Positions 17,520-28,439 of a stretch of DNA of 37,069 nt are shown one piece after another. The notes under the pieces were generated by a model. That model was not told the DNA's origin and did no database searches. It was given only the letters and a program-made list of their open reading frames with translations. Position 1 is the first letter of the stretch. Each line of letters begins with the position of its first letter. Origin of the DNA: Zoogloeaceae bacterium (lineage in GTDB: Bacteria; Pseudomonadota; Gammaproteobacteria; Burkholderiales; Rhodocyclaceae); NCBI GenBank assembly GCA_031259605.1, contig JAIRLE010000029.1:1-37069 (forward strand), read 5' to 3'. The position numbers were made by a program, and so were the translations under genes.

Positions 17520-19102
17520 CCCTGGCGATAGAACGGACGGCGCGCCAGCAAGAAGACCTGCAACGAGCGCGGGAAATACTGCGTGTCCTGGCGGCGGAAA
17601 CCGGCGCGCAACTGGTGGGCGCGTCGAGCGACAGCCGGCAGACGCTTCCCGGCGATCTGTTCATGGCGTTCCCGAACCATACGGGCGATGGCCGACGGCA
17701 TATTGCCGGCGCGCTGGCAAAAGGCGCGGCGGCGGTATGTTGGGAGACAGGCGGCGATTTTTCCTGGGACAAGGCGCATGGATGCCCCAATCTGGCGACG
17801 TCGAATCTGCGCGCGCTTGCCGGAGTGTTGGCGCACGAAATCCATGGGCGGCCTTCGGAACGCCTGAAACTCATTGCCGTTACCGGCACCAACGGCAAAA
17901 CCAGCATCAGTCAATGGCTGGCGGCGGCCTGGCCGGAACGCTGCGGCGTCATCGGCTCTTTGGGCGCGGGTTTTCCGGAAGGCTTGCGCCTTACCGGCTT
18001 TACCACGCCGGAGGCGGCAACGCTGGCGCGTTTGCTCAAGGATATCCTGGCGCAAGGCGGCAAAGCTTGCGCGCTGGAAGCCAGTTCCATCGGCATCGAA
18101 GAAGGGCGGCTGAATGGCGCGGCCGTGGATACGGCCATTTTTACCAATTTCACCCGCGATCATCTCGATTATCATGGCACGATGGCCGCTTATGCCCAGG
18201 CCAAGGAAAAACTCTTCCACTGGCCGGGGTTGCGGCTGGCGGTCGTCAATCTGGATGACGAAGAGGGACGGCATCTGGCACGCGTGACGGCGGCCAAGCG
18301 CGTTATCGGTTACGGCCTTCACCCGGAAGGCATCGGTGCGGATGCAAATCGCTCGGGGCGCGCGCCGGAGCGCGTCCTGGCGCGGCAGGTGCGCGCCACG
18401 GCGAACGGCCAGGCGTTCGTCCTTTCCACGCCCTGGGGCGATGCCCAGGTCGAAACGGAGTTGTTGGGTGTTTACAACGTCGCCAATCTGCTGGCGGTGG
18501 CGGCGACGCTTCTGGAAGCGGGACTTTCCATGCGCGATACCACGGTGCGGCTGGGGAAGATCACGCCGCCGCCGGGACGCATGCAGCGCTGCGGCGGCGC
18601 GCGTGGGGACGCCTATGCCGCGTTGCCGCTGGCGCTGGTCGATTACGCGCATACGCCCGCCGCGCTGGAAAACGCGCTGGCTACCTTGCGCCCATTGGCA
18701 AGGATGCGCGGCGGACGGCTGATTTGCGTCTTCGGCTGCGGCGGCGACCGCGATCGCGGCAAACGCCCGCTGATGGGAGAAGTCGCGGCAGCGGGCGCGG
18801 ACATGCTGTGGATCACCAGCGACAACCCGCGCCACGAGAATCCTTATGTCATTATCGATGACATTCGCCAGGGCGTTCCGGCGAATGCGCCGGTGGAAAT
18901 GGAAGTGGATCGGGGCGAAGCCATTCGCCGCGCCATCTTGTCGGCGGCGCAACCGGACGTGATTCTGCTGGCGGGCAAGGGACATGAGAACTACCAGGAA
19001 ATTGCCGGGACGCGGTATCCGTTTCGCGATGGCGAAATCGCCCGGTCGTCGCTGGCGATCTGGCGGCAAACACAACCATACAGGGAGGGTGGGGCATCAT
19101 GA
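17516..19102 (+). CDS. murE: UDP-MurNAc-tripeptide synthetase (meso-DAP-adding)
   Basis: DSRQ, VTGTNGKTS, TRDHLDYHG, DYAHTP, FGCGGDRDRGKRPLMG, TSDNPR (mDAP-specific motif), AGKGHENYQ. Confidence 0.96.
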   Translation: MTLAIERTARQQEDLQRAREILRVLAAETGAQLVGASSDSRQTLPGDLFMAFPNHTGDGRRHIAGALAKGAAAVCWETGGDFSWDKAHGCPNLATSNLRALAGVLAHEIHGRPSERLKLIAVTGTNGKTSISQWLAAAWPERCGVIGSLGAGFPEGLRLTGFTTPEAATLARLLKDILAQGGKACALEASSIGIEEGRLNGAAVDTAIFTNFTRDHLDYHGTMAAYAQAKEKLFHWPGLRLAVVNLDDEEGRHLARVTAAKRVIGYGLHPEGIGADANRSGRAPERVLARQVRATANGQAFVLSTPWGDAQVETELLGVYNVANLLAVAATLLEAGLSMRDTTVRLGKITPPPGRMQRCGGARGDAYAALPLALVDYAHTPAALENALATLRPLARMRGGRLICVFGCGGDRDRGKRPLMGEVAAAGADMLWITSDNPRHENPYVIIDDIRQGVPANAPVEMEVDRGEAIRRAILSAAQPDVILLAGKGHENYQEIAGTRYPFRDGEIARSSLAIWRQTQPYREGGAS

Positions 19103-20511
19103 TGCACTGGTCATTGGCACATATTGCCAGGGCGGTGTCGGGTCGTCTGGTGGCGGGCGGCGGCAACGGTAAGCTCGTGGGGGTGGCGACGGATACCCGT
19201 CAAGCCTGCGCGCAGCGCCTGTTCGTCGCGTTGCAGGGCGAGCGTTTCGATGCCCACGATTACCTGGAGGAAGCCGTCGCCCAGGGCGCGGCGGCCTTGC
19301 TGGTGCATTTTGCGGAGAAGCTGCCGCGGGACGTTCCGGTCATCCTGGTGGAAGACACCCGGCTGGCGCTGGGACGGCTGGCGGCGGCGTGGCGGCGCAC
19401 ATATCCGCGACCGGTGATCGCCGTAACCGGCTCCAACGGCAAAACCACCACGCGCGAAATGATTGCCGGCATCCTGAAAACAGCCTGGGGAGAAGACGGC
19501 ATCCTGACGCCGCAGGGCAATTTCAACAATGATATTGGCGTTCCGCTGACCCTGTTGCGCCTAGGGCCGGAACACCGGGCGGCGGTGCTGGAAATGGGCA
19601 TGAATCGTCCCGGCGAGATCGGCTATCTCACCCGCATTGTCCGTCCCACCGTGGCGCTCGTCACCAATGCGCAGCGCGCCCACCTGGAAGGCATGGGCGA
19701 CTTGACTTCCGTGGCGATGGAAAAGGCCGACATCTATGACGGCCTGGAACAGGGCGGCGTTGCTCTCATCAATAACGACGACCCGCAGGTCGCGTTTTGG
19801 CGGCGGAAAAACGCCAGCCGCCCGACGTTGACCTTTGCGCTCGAACATCCCGCCGACGTGCGCGGCAAAATCAGCCTGCACGGCCTCTCCACCCGCCTGA
19901 CTCTCGTCACTGCCCAGGGTTCGCGCGATCTTGATCTGCAAATTCCCGGTCGTCACAACGCCATGAACGCCTGCGCGGCGGCGGCGGCGGGGTTGGCGGC
20001 GGGGCTGGAACTGGATGCGCTGGCCGAAGGCTTGCGTCGCTTTTCGGGTGTGAATGGGCGGCTGCAACAAAAACCAGGGCCGTATGGCGCAATCCTTCTC
20101 GATGATACCTACAATGCCAACCCGGATTCGGTGCGAGCGGGCATTGACGTGCTGGCGGGCACGATAGGGCGGCAGTTCCTGGTGTTGGGCGACATGGGCG
20201 AGGTGGGCGAAGCCAGCGCCCAGTATCACGATGAAATCGGCGGTTACGCCCGGAGCATGGGCGTGGATCGCCTCTATGCGTTGGGCGAGGCCAGCGCGCA
20301 GGCGGCGCGCGGTTTTGGCGAAGGGGCGCATGTCTTCAAGACGCCGGAGGAGCTGGTCAAGGCGCTGCTGGAAGAATTGCGGGATTACGCCGGGGATGAC
20401 GGGCATTCCGGCGTACCCACGCTCCTAGTCAAGGGTTCGCGCTTCATGCGTATGGAGCGGGTCGTGCGGTTGTTGCTGGACGCGGCGCGAACGGATGGAG
20501 GCGCAAACTGA
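19099..20511 (+). CDS. murF: UDP-MurNAc-pentapeptide synthetase
   Basis: [72 protein letters not shown]. Confidence 0.96.
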   Translation: MMHWSLAHIARAVSGRLVAGGGNGKLVGVATDTRQACAQRLFVALQGERFDAHDYLEEAVAQGAAALLVHFAEKLPRDVPVILVEDTRLALGRLAAAWRRTYPRPVIAVTGSNGKTTTREMIAGILKTAWGEDGILTPQGNFNNDIGVPLTLLRLGPEHRAAVLEMGMNRPGEIGYLTRIVRPTVALVTNAQRAHLEGMGDLTSVAMEKADIYDGLEQGGVALINNDDPQVAFWRRKNASRPTLTFALEHPADVRGKISLHGLSTRLTLVTAQGSRDLDLQIPGRHNAMNACAAAAAGLAAGLELDALAEGLRRFSGVNGRLQQKPGPYGAILLDDTYNANPDSVRAGIDVLAGTIGRQFLVLGDMGEVGEASAQYHDEIGGYARSMGVDRLYALGEASAQAARGFGEGAHVFKTPEELVKALLEELRDYAGDDGHSGVPTLLVKGSRFMRMERVVRLLLDAARTDGGAN

Positions 20512-21617
20512 TGCTGCTTCTGTTTTTTCAGTGGCTTGCCCAGGAAACGCGGGCGTTTTCCGTCTTCAATTACCTTACCTTGCGTACCGTGCTGGCGGCG
20601 ATGACGGCGATGTTCTTTTCGCTGGCCCTGGGACCCAGGGTCATTCGCTGGCTGGCGGCGAGAAAAATCGGACAGGCGGTGCGCCGTTGCGGGCCGGAAA
20701 CGCATCTGGCCAAATCCGGCACGCCCACGATGGGCGGAGTGTTGATTCTGCTTGCCATCACGCTGACCACCCTGCTGTGGTGCAATCTCGCCAATCGCTA
20801 TGTATGGACGGTGCTGGTCGTCACTTTGGGTTTTGGCGTCATCGGCTGGTACGACGACTGGAAGAAAGTGGTGTACCGCGACCCGGAAGGGCTGGCGAGC
20901 CGCTGGAAATTTTTCTGGCAATCGGTGCTGGGCCTGGGCGCGGCGCTGTTTCTCGCCTTTTCCAGCAACAATCCGGCGCAGCAGACCGAACTGATTGTGC
21001 CGTTCTTCAAGATTGTCTCTTATCCTTTGGGCATATGGGGGTTCGTGGCGCTGACCTATTTCGTCATCGTTGGCACTTCCAACGCCATTAACCTGACGGA
21101 CGGCCTGGATGGCCTGGCGATCATGCCGACGGTGATGATCGCCGCCGCTTTCGTTATTTTCGCCTATGTGGCCGGTCACGCCAGACATGCCGAATATCTG
21201 CTGTTTCCTTATGTGCCTGGCGCGGGCGAACTGTGCATCCTGTTGGGCGCGATTGCCGGGGCGGGACTGGGTTTCCTGTGGTTCAACGCCTATCCGGCCG
21301 AGGTCTTCATGGGCGATGTCGGGGCGCTTTCGCTGGGCGCGGCGCTGGGCTGCGTGGCGGTCATTGTGCGTCAGGAAATCGTGCTGTTCATCATGGGCGG
21401 GGTGTTCGTGGTGGAAACCCTGTCGGTCATGATCCAGGTCGGCTGGTTTCAGTACACCTTGCGCCGCCATGGCGTGGGACGGCGCATCTTTCTCATGGCG
21501 CCGCTGCATCACCATTTCGAGCAAAGCGGCTGGAAGGAAACGCAAGTGGTGGTGCGCTTCTGGATCATCACCATCCTGCTGGTGCTGTTTGGTCTTTCCA
21601 CTCTGAAACTGCGCTAG
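20511..21617 (+). CDS. mraY: Phospho-N-acetylmuramoyl-pentapeptide transferase
   Basis: [54 protein letters not shown]. Confidence 0.98.
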   Translation: MLLLFFQWLAQETRAFSVFNYLTLRTVLAAMTAMFFSLALGPRVIRWLAARKIGQAVRRCGPETHLAKSGTPTMGGVLILLAITLTTLLWCNLANRYVWTVLVVTLGFGVIGWYDDWKKVVYRDPEGLASRWKFFWQSVLGLGAALFLAFSSNNPAQQTELIVPFFKIVSYPLGIWGFVALTYFVIVGTSNAINLTDGLDGLAIMPTVMIAAAFVIFAYVAGHARHAEYLLFPYVPGAGELCILLGAIAGAGLGFLWFNAYPAEVFMGDVGALSLGAALGCVAVIVRQEIVLFIMGGVFVVETLSVMIQVGWFQYTLRRHGVGRRIFLMAPLHHHFEQSGWKETQVVVRFWIITILLVLFGLSTLKLR

Positions 21618-21629
21618 GGACAAGGCGAC

Positions 21630-23057
21630 ATGCAATTTTCCGGCAAACGCTTTCTGGTAGCGGGTCTTGGTGAATCCGGGCTGGCGATGGCGAAATGGCT
21701 CCATCGCCAGGGCGCGTTCGTGCGCGTGGCGGACAGCCGCGAGGCGCCGCCGGGCATGGCCGCGCTGCGGGCATTCGCGCCAGGGATCGAAATCGCAACC
21801 GGTGCCTTCCGGCGTGAAACCTTCCGCGCCATCGACGCCATTGCCCTTTCTCCCGGCATACCGTTGTCTACGCCGGAAATTGCCGCTTCGGGAATCAAGG
21901 TGGTTTCGGAAGTCGATCTGTTCATGGCGGCGCTGGATGACTGCCAGCCCGACGCGCTGGTGTTGGCGATTACCGGCAGCAACGGCAAGACCACGACCAC
22001 GGCTTTGACCGCGCATCTTTTGAATGGCGCGGGCATCTCCGCCATTGCCTGCGGCAATATCTCGCCTTCGCTCCTGGATGCGTTGATGGCGGCGCTGGAC
22101 GCGGGCGCGTTGCCGAAGGTCTGGGTGCTGGAGCTTTCCAGCTTCCAGTTGGAAGCCAGCCGCTACCTGCCCTTTTCGGCGGCGGCGGTGCTGAATGTGA
22201 CGGAAGATCATCTGGATCGGCATGGCGACATGACGGCGTATGCCACGGCCAAGGCGCGCATTTTCCGGGGGAGGGCAAGCCAGGTATTGAATCGTGAGGA
22301 TGACTGGTCGCTCGGCATGGGCAACTGGCAGGATCTGGGGCGGATGCGTACCTTCGGCCTGGATGAGCCGCCGCGTCCCGGACATTACGGCATTCTGGAG
22401 GATATCCTGTGCTGTGGCGAGGACGCGCTCATCCGGCTGGACGAACTGCCGCTCAAGGGGCTGCACCATGCCGCCAATGCCATGGCGGCGCTGGCGCTGT
22501 GCGCGGCCATCGGCATCGACGGCAGACGGCTTTTGCCCGCCTTGCGGGATTTCAAGGGTTTGCCGCACCGGCTCATGCCCGTGACGGAAATTGCGGGCGT
22601 ACTGTACGTAGATGATTCCAAGGGCACCAATGTGGGCGCGGCGCTGGCGGCGATTCGCGGCATGGGGCGCAAGGTTGCGCTGATTCTCGGCGGCGAGGGC
22701 AAGGGACAGGATTTCGCGCCGCTCTTGCCCGCATTGCGGCAACATGGGCGCGCCGTGGCGCTGATTGGACGCGACAAGGCGCTGATCGGCCAGGCGATTG
22801 CCGGTTGCGGCCTGCCGCTGGAATCCTGCGCCGACATGCCGGAGGCGGTGCGCTGGCTTGCCGGACAGGCAAAGCCTGGCGATTGCGTCCTGCTCTCGCC
22901 CGCCTGTGCCAGTTTCGACATGTACAAGGACTACGCCGACCGCGCCGCTGCCTTTATACGCGCCGTCGAGGAAATGGCGGGTGAGGAGGCGACGAAACCT
23001 GTCAAGGCGGCGAAGCCCGCCAGGGCGGCAAAGCGTTCCCGGGGGGCGGGCGCATGA
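21630..23057 (+). CDS. murD: UDP-MurNAc-L-Ala:D-Glu ligase
   Basis: [64 protein letters not shown]. Confidence 0.97.
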   Translation: MQFSGKRFLVAGLGESGLAMAKWLHRQGAFVRVADSREAPPGMAALRAFAPGIEIATGAFRRETFRAIDAIALSPGIPLSTPEIAASGIKVVSEVDLFMAALDDCQPDALVLAITGSNGKTTTTALTAHLLNGAGISAIACGNISPSLLDALMAALDAGALPKVWVLELSSFQLEASRYLPFSAAAVLNVTEDHLDRHGDMTAYATAKARIFRGRASQVLNREDDWSLGMGNWQDLGRMRTFGLDEPPRPGHYGILEDILCCGEDALIRLDELPLKGLHHAANAMAALALCAAIGIDGRRLLPALRDFKGLPHRLMPVTEIAGVLYVDDSKGTNVGAALAAIRGMGRKVALILGGEGKGQDFAPLLPALRQHGRAVALIGRDKALIGQAIAGCGLPLESCADMPEAVRWLAGQAKPGDCVLLSPACASFDMYKDYADRAAAFIRAVEEMAGEEATKPVKAAKPARAAKRSRGAGA

Positions 23058-24232
23058 TCCCGGTTTCCCTGCACCTGGCATCCGGCGAGGCCGCCAGCCG
23101 CCGTCCGGCATATGAAATCGATCCGGCGTTGTTCTGGAGCGGATTGATGTTGCTGTGCTTCGGCCTGGTGATGGTCTATTCCGCCTCCATTGCCTATGCC
23201 GAAGGCCATCGCGCTTTCGGCTACGCCAGTTATTTTCTCTTGCGGCATGGCAGTTTCTTGGTCATCGGTCTCGTCTGCGGCGCGGCGGCATTCATGGTGC
23301 CGGTGAAGCGCTGGCAAAAGGCCGCGCCCTGGCTGTTCTTGCTGGGCGTGGTGTTGCTGGCCGTCGTGCTGATTCCCGGCGTGGGGCGGGAAGTCAACGG
23401 CGCGCGGCGCTGGATATCGCTGGGCATGGTGAATGTGCAGGCTTCGGAATTGATGAAGCTCTTTGTCGTGCTGTATGCCGCCGACTACGCCGTGCGCAAG
23501 ATGAATCTCATGCACGATGTCAAACGCGCCTTCCTGCCGATGGCGAGCGTCATGATACTGGTCGGCTGGCTGTTGTTGAAGGAACCGGATTTCGGCGCGT
23601 TGGTGATCATCGTCACCATTGCCATGAGCATCCTCTTTCTCGCGGGGATGAAAATGCGGCTCTTTGCCGCGTTGTTCGTCGGTCTGTTGGTGACGTTCGC
23701 CGTGCTGATCATCATCGAGCCATATCGTCTGGAGCGCATGTTCAGCTTTTTCGACCCTTGGCGCGACCCGTTTGGCAAGGGCTATCAACTGACGCAATCC
23801 GAAATTGCCTTTGGGCGGGGAGAATGGTTCGGCGTGGGGCTGGGCGCGAGCGTACAGAAACTTTTCTATCTGCCGGAGGCGCATACCGATTTCCTGCTCG
23901 CCATCATTGCCGAGGAGCTGGGATTTGTTGGCGTGTCGGCGGTGGTCTGTCTGTTCGCGCTGCTGGCGCATCGCATCTTTGCCGTGGGACGCCAGTGCGT
24001 GCAACTGAATCGCGTCTATCCGGCGCTGGTGACGATGGGCATCGGCATCTGGTTCGGCGTGCAGGGTTTCATCAACATGGGCGTCAATGTCGGTCTCTTG
24101 CCGACCAAGGGGTTGACCCTGCCGCTGATGAGTTTCGGCGGTTCCGGCATTGTCGCCAACTGCATCGCTTTTGGCATTTTGTTGCGCGTGGATTGGGGAA
24201 ATCGACAGATCATGCGGGGAGGAACATCATGA
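23054..24232 (+). CDS. ftsW: SEDS peptidoglycan polymerase FtsW
   Basis: MVYSAS, VNGARRWI, QASELMK, EPDFG, GYQL, GLGASVQKLFYLPEAHTDF, PTKGLTLPLMSFGGS. Confidence 0.97.
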   Translation: MIPVSLHLASGEAASRRPAYEIDPALFWSGLMLLCFGLVMVYSASIAYAEGHRAFGYASYFLLRHGSFLVIGLVCGAAAFMVPVKRWQKAAPWLFLLGVVLLAVVLIPGVGREVNGARRWISLGMVNVQASELMKLFVVLYAADYAVRKMNLMHDVKRAFLPMASVMILVGWLLLKEPDFGALVIIVTIAMSILFLAGMKMRLFAALFVGLLVTFAVLIIIEPYRLERMFSFFDPWRDPFGKGYQLTQSEIAFGRGEWFGVGLGASVQKLFYLPEAHTDFLLAIIAEELGFVGVSAVVCLFALLAHRIFAVGRQCVQLNRVYPALVTMGIGIWFGVQGFINMGVNVGLLPTKGLTLPLMSFGGSGIVANCIAFGILLRVDWGNRQIMRGGTS

Positions 24233-25296
24233 GCGCGACGCAAAAAACCGTCCTGATCATGGCAGGCGGCACGGGCGGCCACATCTTTCCGGCGCTGGCG
24301 GTGGCGAACGCCTTGCGCGATGCCGGTTGGCGGGTGTCCTGGCTGGGCAATCCGGAAGGCATGGAAGCGCGGCTGGTGACGGCACAGGGTTTTGACATGG
24401 CGCATGTGCGCTTTGCCGCCCTGCGCGGCAAAGGACTGGCGCGCAAGCTGATGCTGCCCGTCAGTCTGGCGCGCGCCTGCTGGCGGGCGGCAAGGGAGAT
24501 TCGCCGCCTCCGTCCCGATGTGGTGCTGGGCATGGGCGGCTATATCAGTTTTCCCGGCGCGCTCATGGCTTGGGTGATGGGCATTCCCTGCGTCATTCAT
24601 GAACAGAACGCTATTGCCGGGCTGGCAAACCGCGTCCTGTCCTTCCTGGCGAACCGGGTGTTGACCGGTTTTCCGGATGTTCTCTGCCGGGGCGTCTGGG
24701 TGGGGAATCCGGTGCGCGCCGATATTTTGCGGACGCCGCCGCCGGAAATACGCCTTGCCGGACGCGAAGGCGCGTTCAAGTTGCTGGTGGTGGGCGGCAG
24801 CCTGGGAGCGCAGGCGTTGAACGAAATCGTCCCGCAGGGACTGGCGTTGATGCCTGCGGGCTTGCGGCCGGAAGTGGTGCATCAGGCGGGCGAACAGCAT
24901 CTGGAATCCCTGAAGGCCAGCTATGCCGCCGCAGGCGTCGAGGCGCACTGCGTCAGCTTCATCGAGGATATGGCAGGCGCTTACACCTGGGCGGATCTGG
25001 TGATCTGCCGCGCCGGGGCGCTCACCATCGCCGAACTGGCGATAGTTGGCGTACCGGCGATTCTGGTGCCTTTCCCGCAGGCGGTGGATGACCATCAGAC
25101 GCAGAATGCCCGCTTTCTTACCTTGGCGGGCGGCGGCATTCTTTTGCCGCAGGAACGGCTGACGCCGGAATCCGTGGCGCTGATGGGCAATTACAGCCGC
25201 AGTCAATTGCTGGAGATGGCAAAAAAATCCCGCGCGCTGGCCCGTCCCGACGCGACGCTGGCGGTCGTGCGTCATATCGAGGAGTGCGCCGCATGA
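24229..25296 (+). CDS. murG: Lipid II GlcNAc transferase MurG
   Basis: True start at ATG 24229 ([24 protein letters not shown]). [42 protein letters not shown]. Confidence 0.97.
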   Translation: MSATQKTVLIMAGGTGGHIFPALAVANALRDAGWRVSWLGNPEGMEARLVTAQGFDMAHVRFAALRGKGLARKLMLPVSLARACWRAAREIRRLRPDVVLGMGGYISFPGALMAWVMGIPCVIHEQNAIAGLANRVLSFLANRVLTGFPDVLCRGVWVGNPVRADILRTPPPEIRLAGREGAFKLLVVGGSLGAQALNEIVPQGLALMPAGLRPEVVHQAGEQHLESLKASYAAAGVEAHCVSFIEDMAGAYTWADLVICRAGALTIAELAIVGVPAILVPFPQAVDDHQTQNARFLTLAGGGILLPQERLTPESVALMGNYSRSQLLEMAKKSRALARPDATLAVVRHIEECAA

Positions 25297-26726
25297 AGCA
25301 CAAGGTCAAACACATTCACTTCGTTGGCATTGGCGGTTCCGGCATGAGCGGTATTGCCGAAGTGCTGTTCAACCTGGGCTATACGGTTTCCGGCTCCGAT
25401 CTCAAGGCGTCCGGCGTGACTTCAAGGCTGGAAGGGCAGGGGATGCGCATCCGCATCGGTCACGCGGCGGAAAATATCGTTGGCGCGCATGCCGTGGTCA
25501 CGTCTACCGCCGTCAAGGCGGATAACCCGGAAGTGGAAGCCGCGCGCCGCGCCAATATCCCCGTTGTTCCCCGCGCCCTGATGCTGGCGGAACTGATGCG
25601 CCTGAAACAGGGCATCGCCATTGCCGGAACGCATGGCAAGACCACCACCACCAGCCTCGTCGCCAGCATTCTTGCCGAGGCGGGTCTCGATCCTACCTTC
25701 GTCATCGGCGGCAGGTTGAACGCGGCGGGCGCGAACGCGCGCATGGGCAGGGGCGATTTTCTCGTGGCCGAGGCCGATGAATCGGACGCTTCCTTCCTCC
25801 ACCTGAATCCGGTCGTTTCCGTCGTCACCAATATCGACGCCGATCACATGGATACCTATGGACACGATTTCTCCCGTCTGCAAGACGCCTTCGTGGAATT
25901 CCTGAATCGCCTGCCTTTTTATGGCGTGGCGGTGCTCTGCCAGAACGATCCCAACGTGCGCGCGATTCTGCCGCGGGTTTCCCGCCAGGTGGTGCGCTAC
26001 GGCCTGGCATACCACGGCCTGTCCAAGCCCAACCTCTACGCCGAAAACATTCGCGCCGAAGCAGGACAGATGCATTTCGACGTCGTGCGTGTAAATGGCA
26101 AGACGTCGCGATTGCCGATTACCCTCAATCTGCCAGGGGTACACAATGTGCTGAATGCGCTGGCGGCGATTGGCGTCGCTACTGAGGTGCAAGTGGGCGA
26201 CGACGCAATCGTTCGCGCGCTGACCGAATTCAAGGGCGTGGGACGGCGTTTTCAATGCCATGGCGACTTTTTGCGCTCCGAAAAAAATGGCGGCGGCAGT
26301 TTTACCCTGGTCGATGATTACGGGCATCATCCGGCGGAGATGGCGGCAACCCTGGACGCCGCGCGCGCCGCGTTTCCCGGCAGACGCCTGTTGCTGGCGT
26401 TCCAGCCGCACCGTTATACCCGCACTCGCGATTGTTTCGAGGATTTCGTCGAGGTGCTTTCCAGTGTCGACGCGCTGTTCCTCACCGAGGTCTACGCGGC
26501 GGGCGAGCCGCCGATTGTCGCCGCCGACGGCCGCAGCCTGGCTCGCGCCGTGCGCGTGGCGGGCAAGGTGGAGCCGGTGTTCGTCGAACATCTGGCCGAC
26601 TTGCCGGAACGGATAGTCGAGGCGGCGCAAGACGGCGATGTGGTGCTGACCATGGGCGCGGGATCCATCGACGGCGTGGCGGAAAAAATCTGTTTCATGA
26701 ACCCATTGGCGGCGGAAAAACAATGA
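25293..26726 (+). CDS. murC: UDP-MurNAc:L-Ala ligase
   Basis: [62 protein letters not shown]. Confidence 0.98.
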   Translation: MKHKVKHIHFVGIGGSGMSGIAEVLFNLGYTVSGSDLKASGVTSRLEGQGMRIRIGHAAENIVGAHAVVTSTAVKADNPEVEAARRANIPVVPRALMLAELMRLKQGIAIAGTHGKTTTTSLVASILAEAGLDPTFVIGGRLNAAGANARMGRGDFLVAEADESDASFLHLNPVVSVVTNIDADHMDTYGHDFSRLQDAFVEFLNRLPFYGVAVLCQNDPNVRAILPRVSRQVVRYGLAYHGLSKPNLYAENIRAEAGQMHFDVVRVNGKTSRLPITLNLPGVHNVLNALAAIGVATEVQVGDDAIVRALTEFKGVGRRFQCHGDFLRSEKNGGGSFTLVDDYGHHPAEMAATLDAARAAFPGRRLLLAFQPHRYTRTRDCFEDFVEVLSSVDALFLTEVYAAGEPPIVAADGRSLARAVRVAGKVEPVFVEHLADLPERIVEAAQDGDVVLTMGAGSIDGVAEKICFMNPLAAEKQ

Positions 26727-27634
26727 AGAATCCGGGCAAGGTGGCAGTACTCCTGGGCGGAACTTCCGCCGAACGCGAAGTTTCCCTGCAAAGCGGCGCG
26801 GGTGTGCTGGCGGCCTTGCGACGTCAGGGCGTGGACGCGCATCCCTTCGATCCGGCGCAAAAACCGCTGGAAAACCTGCGGCGCTATGATCGCGTGTTCA
26901 TCGCCCTGCATGGACGGCATGGCGAGGATGGCACGATACAGGGGATGCTCGAACTCATGGGGATTCCCTATACCGGTCCCGGCGTCATGGCCTCCGCCGT
27001 GGGCATGGACAAGTTGCGCAGCAAGCTCATCTGGCGGGCGGCGGGGTTGCCCGTACCTGACTACGCCTTGCTGGAGGACGATACGGATTTTGCCGCCGTG
27101 GAGGCGCGCCTGGGTCTGCCGCTGTTCGTCAAGCCGGTGCGCGAAGGCTCGTCGGTGGGTATTTCGCGGGTGGAAAAGACGGGCGAACTGCCGGCGGCCT
27201 ATGCCGTGGCCAGACGGCACGACGCGCTGGTGATGGCTGAGGCGGGTGTCATGGGCGGCGAATACACGGTGGCGATCTTGGGCGATGCCGCTCTGCCGCT
27301 GGTGAAAATCGAACCGAACGCGGATTTTTACGATTATGACGCCAAGTACCTGCGCGACGATACTCGCTATCTCTGTCCTTGCGGCCTTTCGCCGGAAAAG
27401 GAAAAAGCGGTTCAGGAAGACGCGAAAAAAGCTTTCCGCATTCTGGGCGGCAAGGGCTGGAGTCGCATCGATGTGCTCATGGACGCGGCGGGCGCGCATT
27501 ATTTGCTGGAAATCAATACCTCGCCCGGCATGACCTCGCATTCGCTGGCGCCCATGGCGGCGAAAGCCGCAGGAATCGGCTTTGATGAGCTGGTATTAAA
27601 AGTGCTTTATCAAGAAAGCGATGGAACTGTTTGA
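26723..27634 (+). CDS. ddlB: D-alanine--D-alanine ligase
   Basis: Start at ATG 26723. [38 protein letters not shown] (Tyr-containing omega loop, D-Ala-D-Ala type), [10 protein letters not shown]. Confidence 0.96.
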   Translation: MKNPGKVAVLLGGTSAEREVSLQSGAGVLAALRRQGVDAHPFDPAQKPLENLRRYDRVFIALHGRHGEDGTIQGMLELMGIPYTGPGVMASAVGMDKLRSKLIWRAAGLPVPDYALLEDDTDFAAVEARLGLPLFVKPVREGSSVGISRVEKTGELPAAYAVARRHDALVMAEAGVMGGEYTVAILGDAALPLVKIEPNADFYDYDAKYLRDDTRYLCPCGLSPEKEKAVQEDAKKAFRILGGKGWSRIDVLMDAAGAHYLLEINTSPGMTSHSLAPMAAKAAGIGFDELVLKVLYQESDGTV

Positions 27635-27671
27635 TTAAACGGAATTTTTAAGGATTTTCGAGAAAGAATGA

Positions 27672-28439
27672 ATGTGGCACCAACCCAGGGTACTCAATTT
27701 GCTGGCGGATATGCTGTTTGCCGCCGGATGGGCGATGTTGCTGGCTTTGCCGGTGATTGCGCTCATGCGGATGCCGCTTGCGCCGGTGCGCGTGGTGTCG
27801 CTTGCCGCGCCCTTGCGCTTCGTGGCGGCGCGGGAGCTGGAAGAGGCGCTTGCCGGGCGTTTGCGCGGCAACTTCTTTGCGCTTTCGGCGGAAAACGTGC
27901 GCGAGGCGCTGGAGCGTCTGCCTTGGGTGCGGCGCGCCCGTGTGCGCCGGGTCTGGCCTGGGCGGCTGGAAGTCGTGCTGGAGGAACAGGAAGTCCGCGC
28001 GCATTGGGGCAATTCGGGCAACGAATGGGTCAATCGTTACGGGGAAGTTTTTGCCGCCAATCCGCCCGATTTGCCGGGGGGCGGCAAATTCTCCTTGCCG
28101 CGCCTCTCCGGGCCGCCGGGCAGCGCCGCTTTTTTGCTGCGGCGTCATGGCGAGAGCGCGCAGCTTCTGGCGCGTGTTTCCCTCGTGCCCGTGGCGCTTT
28201 CGCTCTCGGCGCGGCAGGCGCTGGAAATGGAACTCGCCAACAAAATGCAGTTGAAGCTGGGACGGGAACGCGAGCGTTCTCCGCTCATCTGGCGGCTGCA
28301 ACGCTTTATCGACCTGTACCCGTCCGTCGTAATGGGGCGGACGCCGCCCACGCGCATCGTGGATTTGCGCTATCCCAATGGTTTTGCGCTTTATCCGGCG
28401 GGCGCGCGGACGACCAACGGAGGCTGGGAAGATGAGTAA
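27672..28439 (+). CDS. ftsQ: Cell division protein FtsQ
   Basis: MWHQPRVLNLLA, TM helix, POTRA domain (GNFF...LPWVRRARVRRVWPGRL), VDLRYPNGFA. Sits between ddl and ftsA. Confidence 0.93.
   Translation: MWHQPRVLNLLADMLFAAGWAMLLALPVIALMRMPLAPVRVVSLAAPLRFVAARELEEALAGRLRGNFFALSAENVREALERLPWVRRARVRRVWPGRLEVVLEEQEVRAHWGNSGNEWVNRYGEVFAANPPDLPGGGKFSLPRLSGPPGSAAFLLRRHGESAQLLARVSLVPVALSLSARQALEMELANKMQLKLGRERERSPLIWRLQRFIDLYPSVVMGRTPPTRIVDLRYPNGFALYPAGARTTNGGWEDE

Noticed and set aside
20385-23111. Very long antisense ORFs (908 aa here; also 4415-6097, 17396-19075, 31722-33308, 33835-35952 and 11036-12784)
   Set aside because: Shadow ORFs opposite well-supported genes in GC-rich DNA, with no recognisable motifs.
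23155-24228. Apparent 713-aa MurG with a long N-terminal extension (similar extensions on the ddl, dnaG, ftsA and ftsZ ORFs)
   Set aside because: The extensions are off-frame read-through of the upstream gene. Family similarity starts at the internal ATGs (24229, 26723, 12754, 28432, 29699), most with an RBS or a stop/start overlap.
26723-27634. Absence of murB between murC and ddl, and a possible Van-type ligase
   Set aside because: murB lies outside the dcw cluster in many Beta- and Gammaproteobacteria. The omega loop FYDYDAKY is the ordinary D-Ala-D-Ala type.
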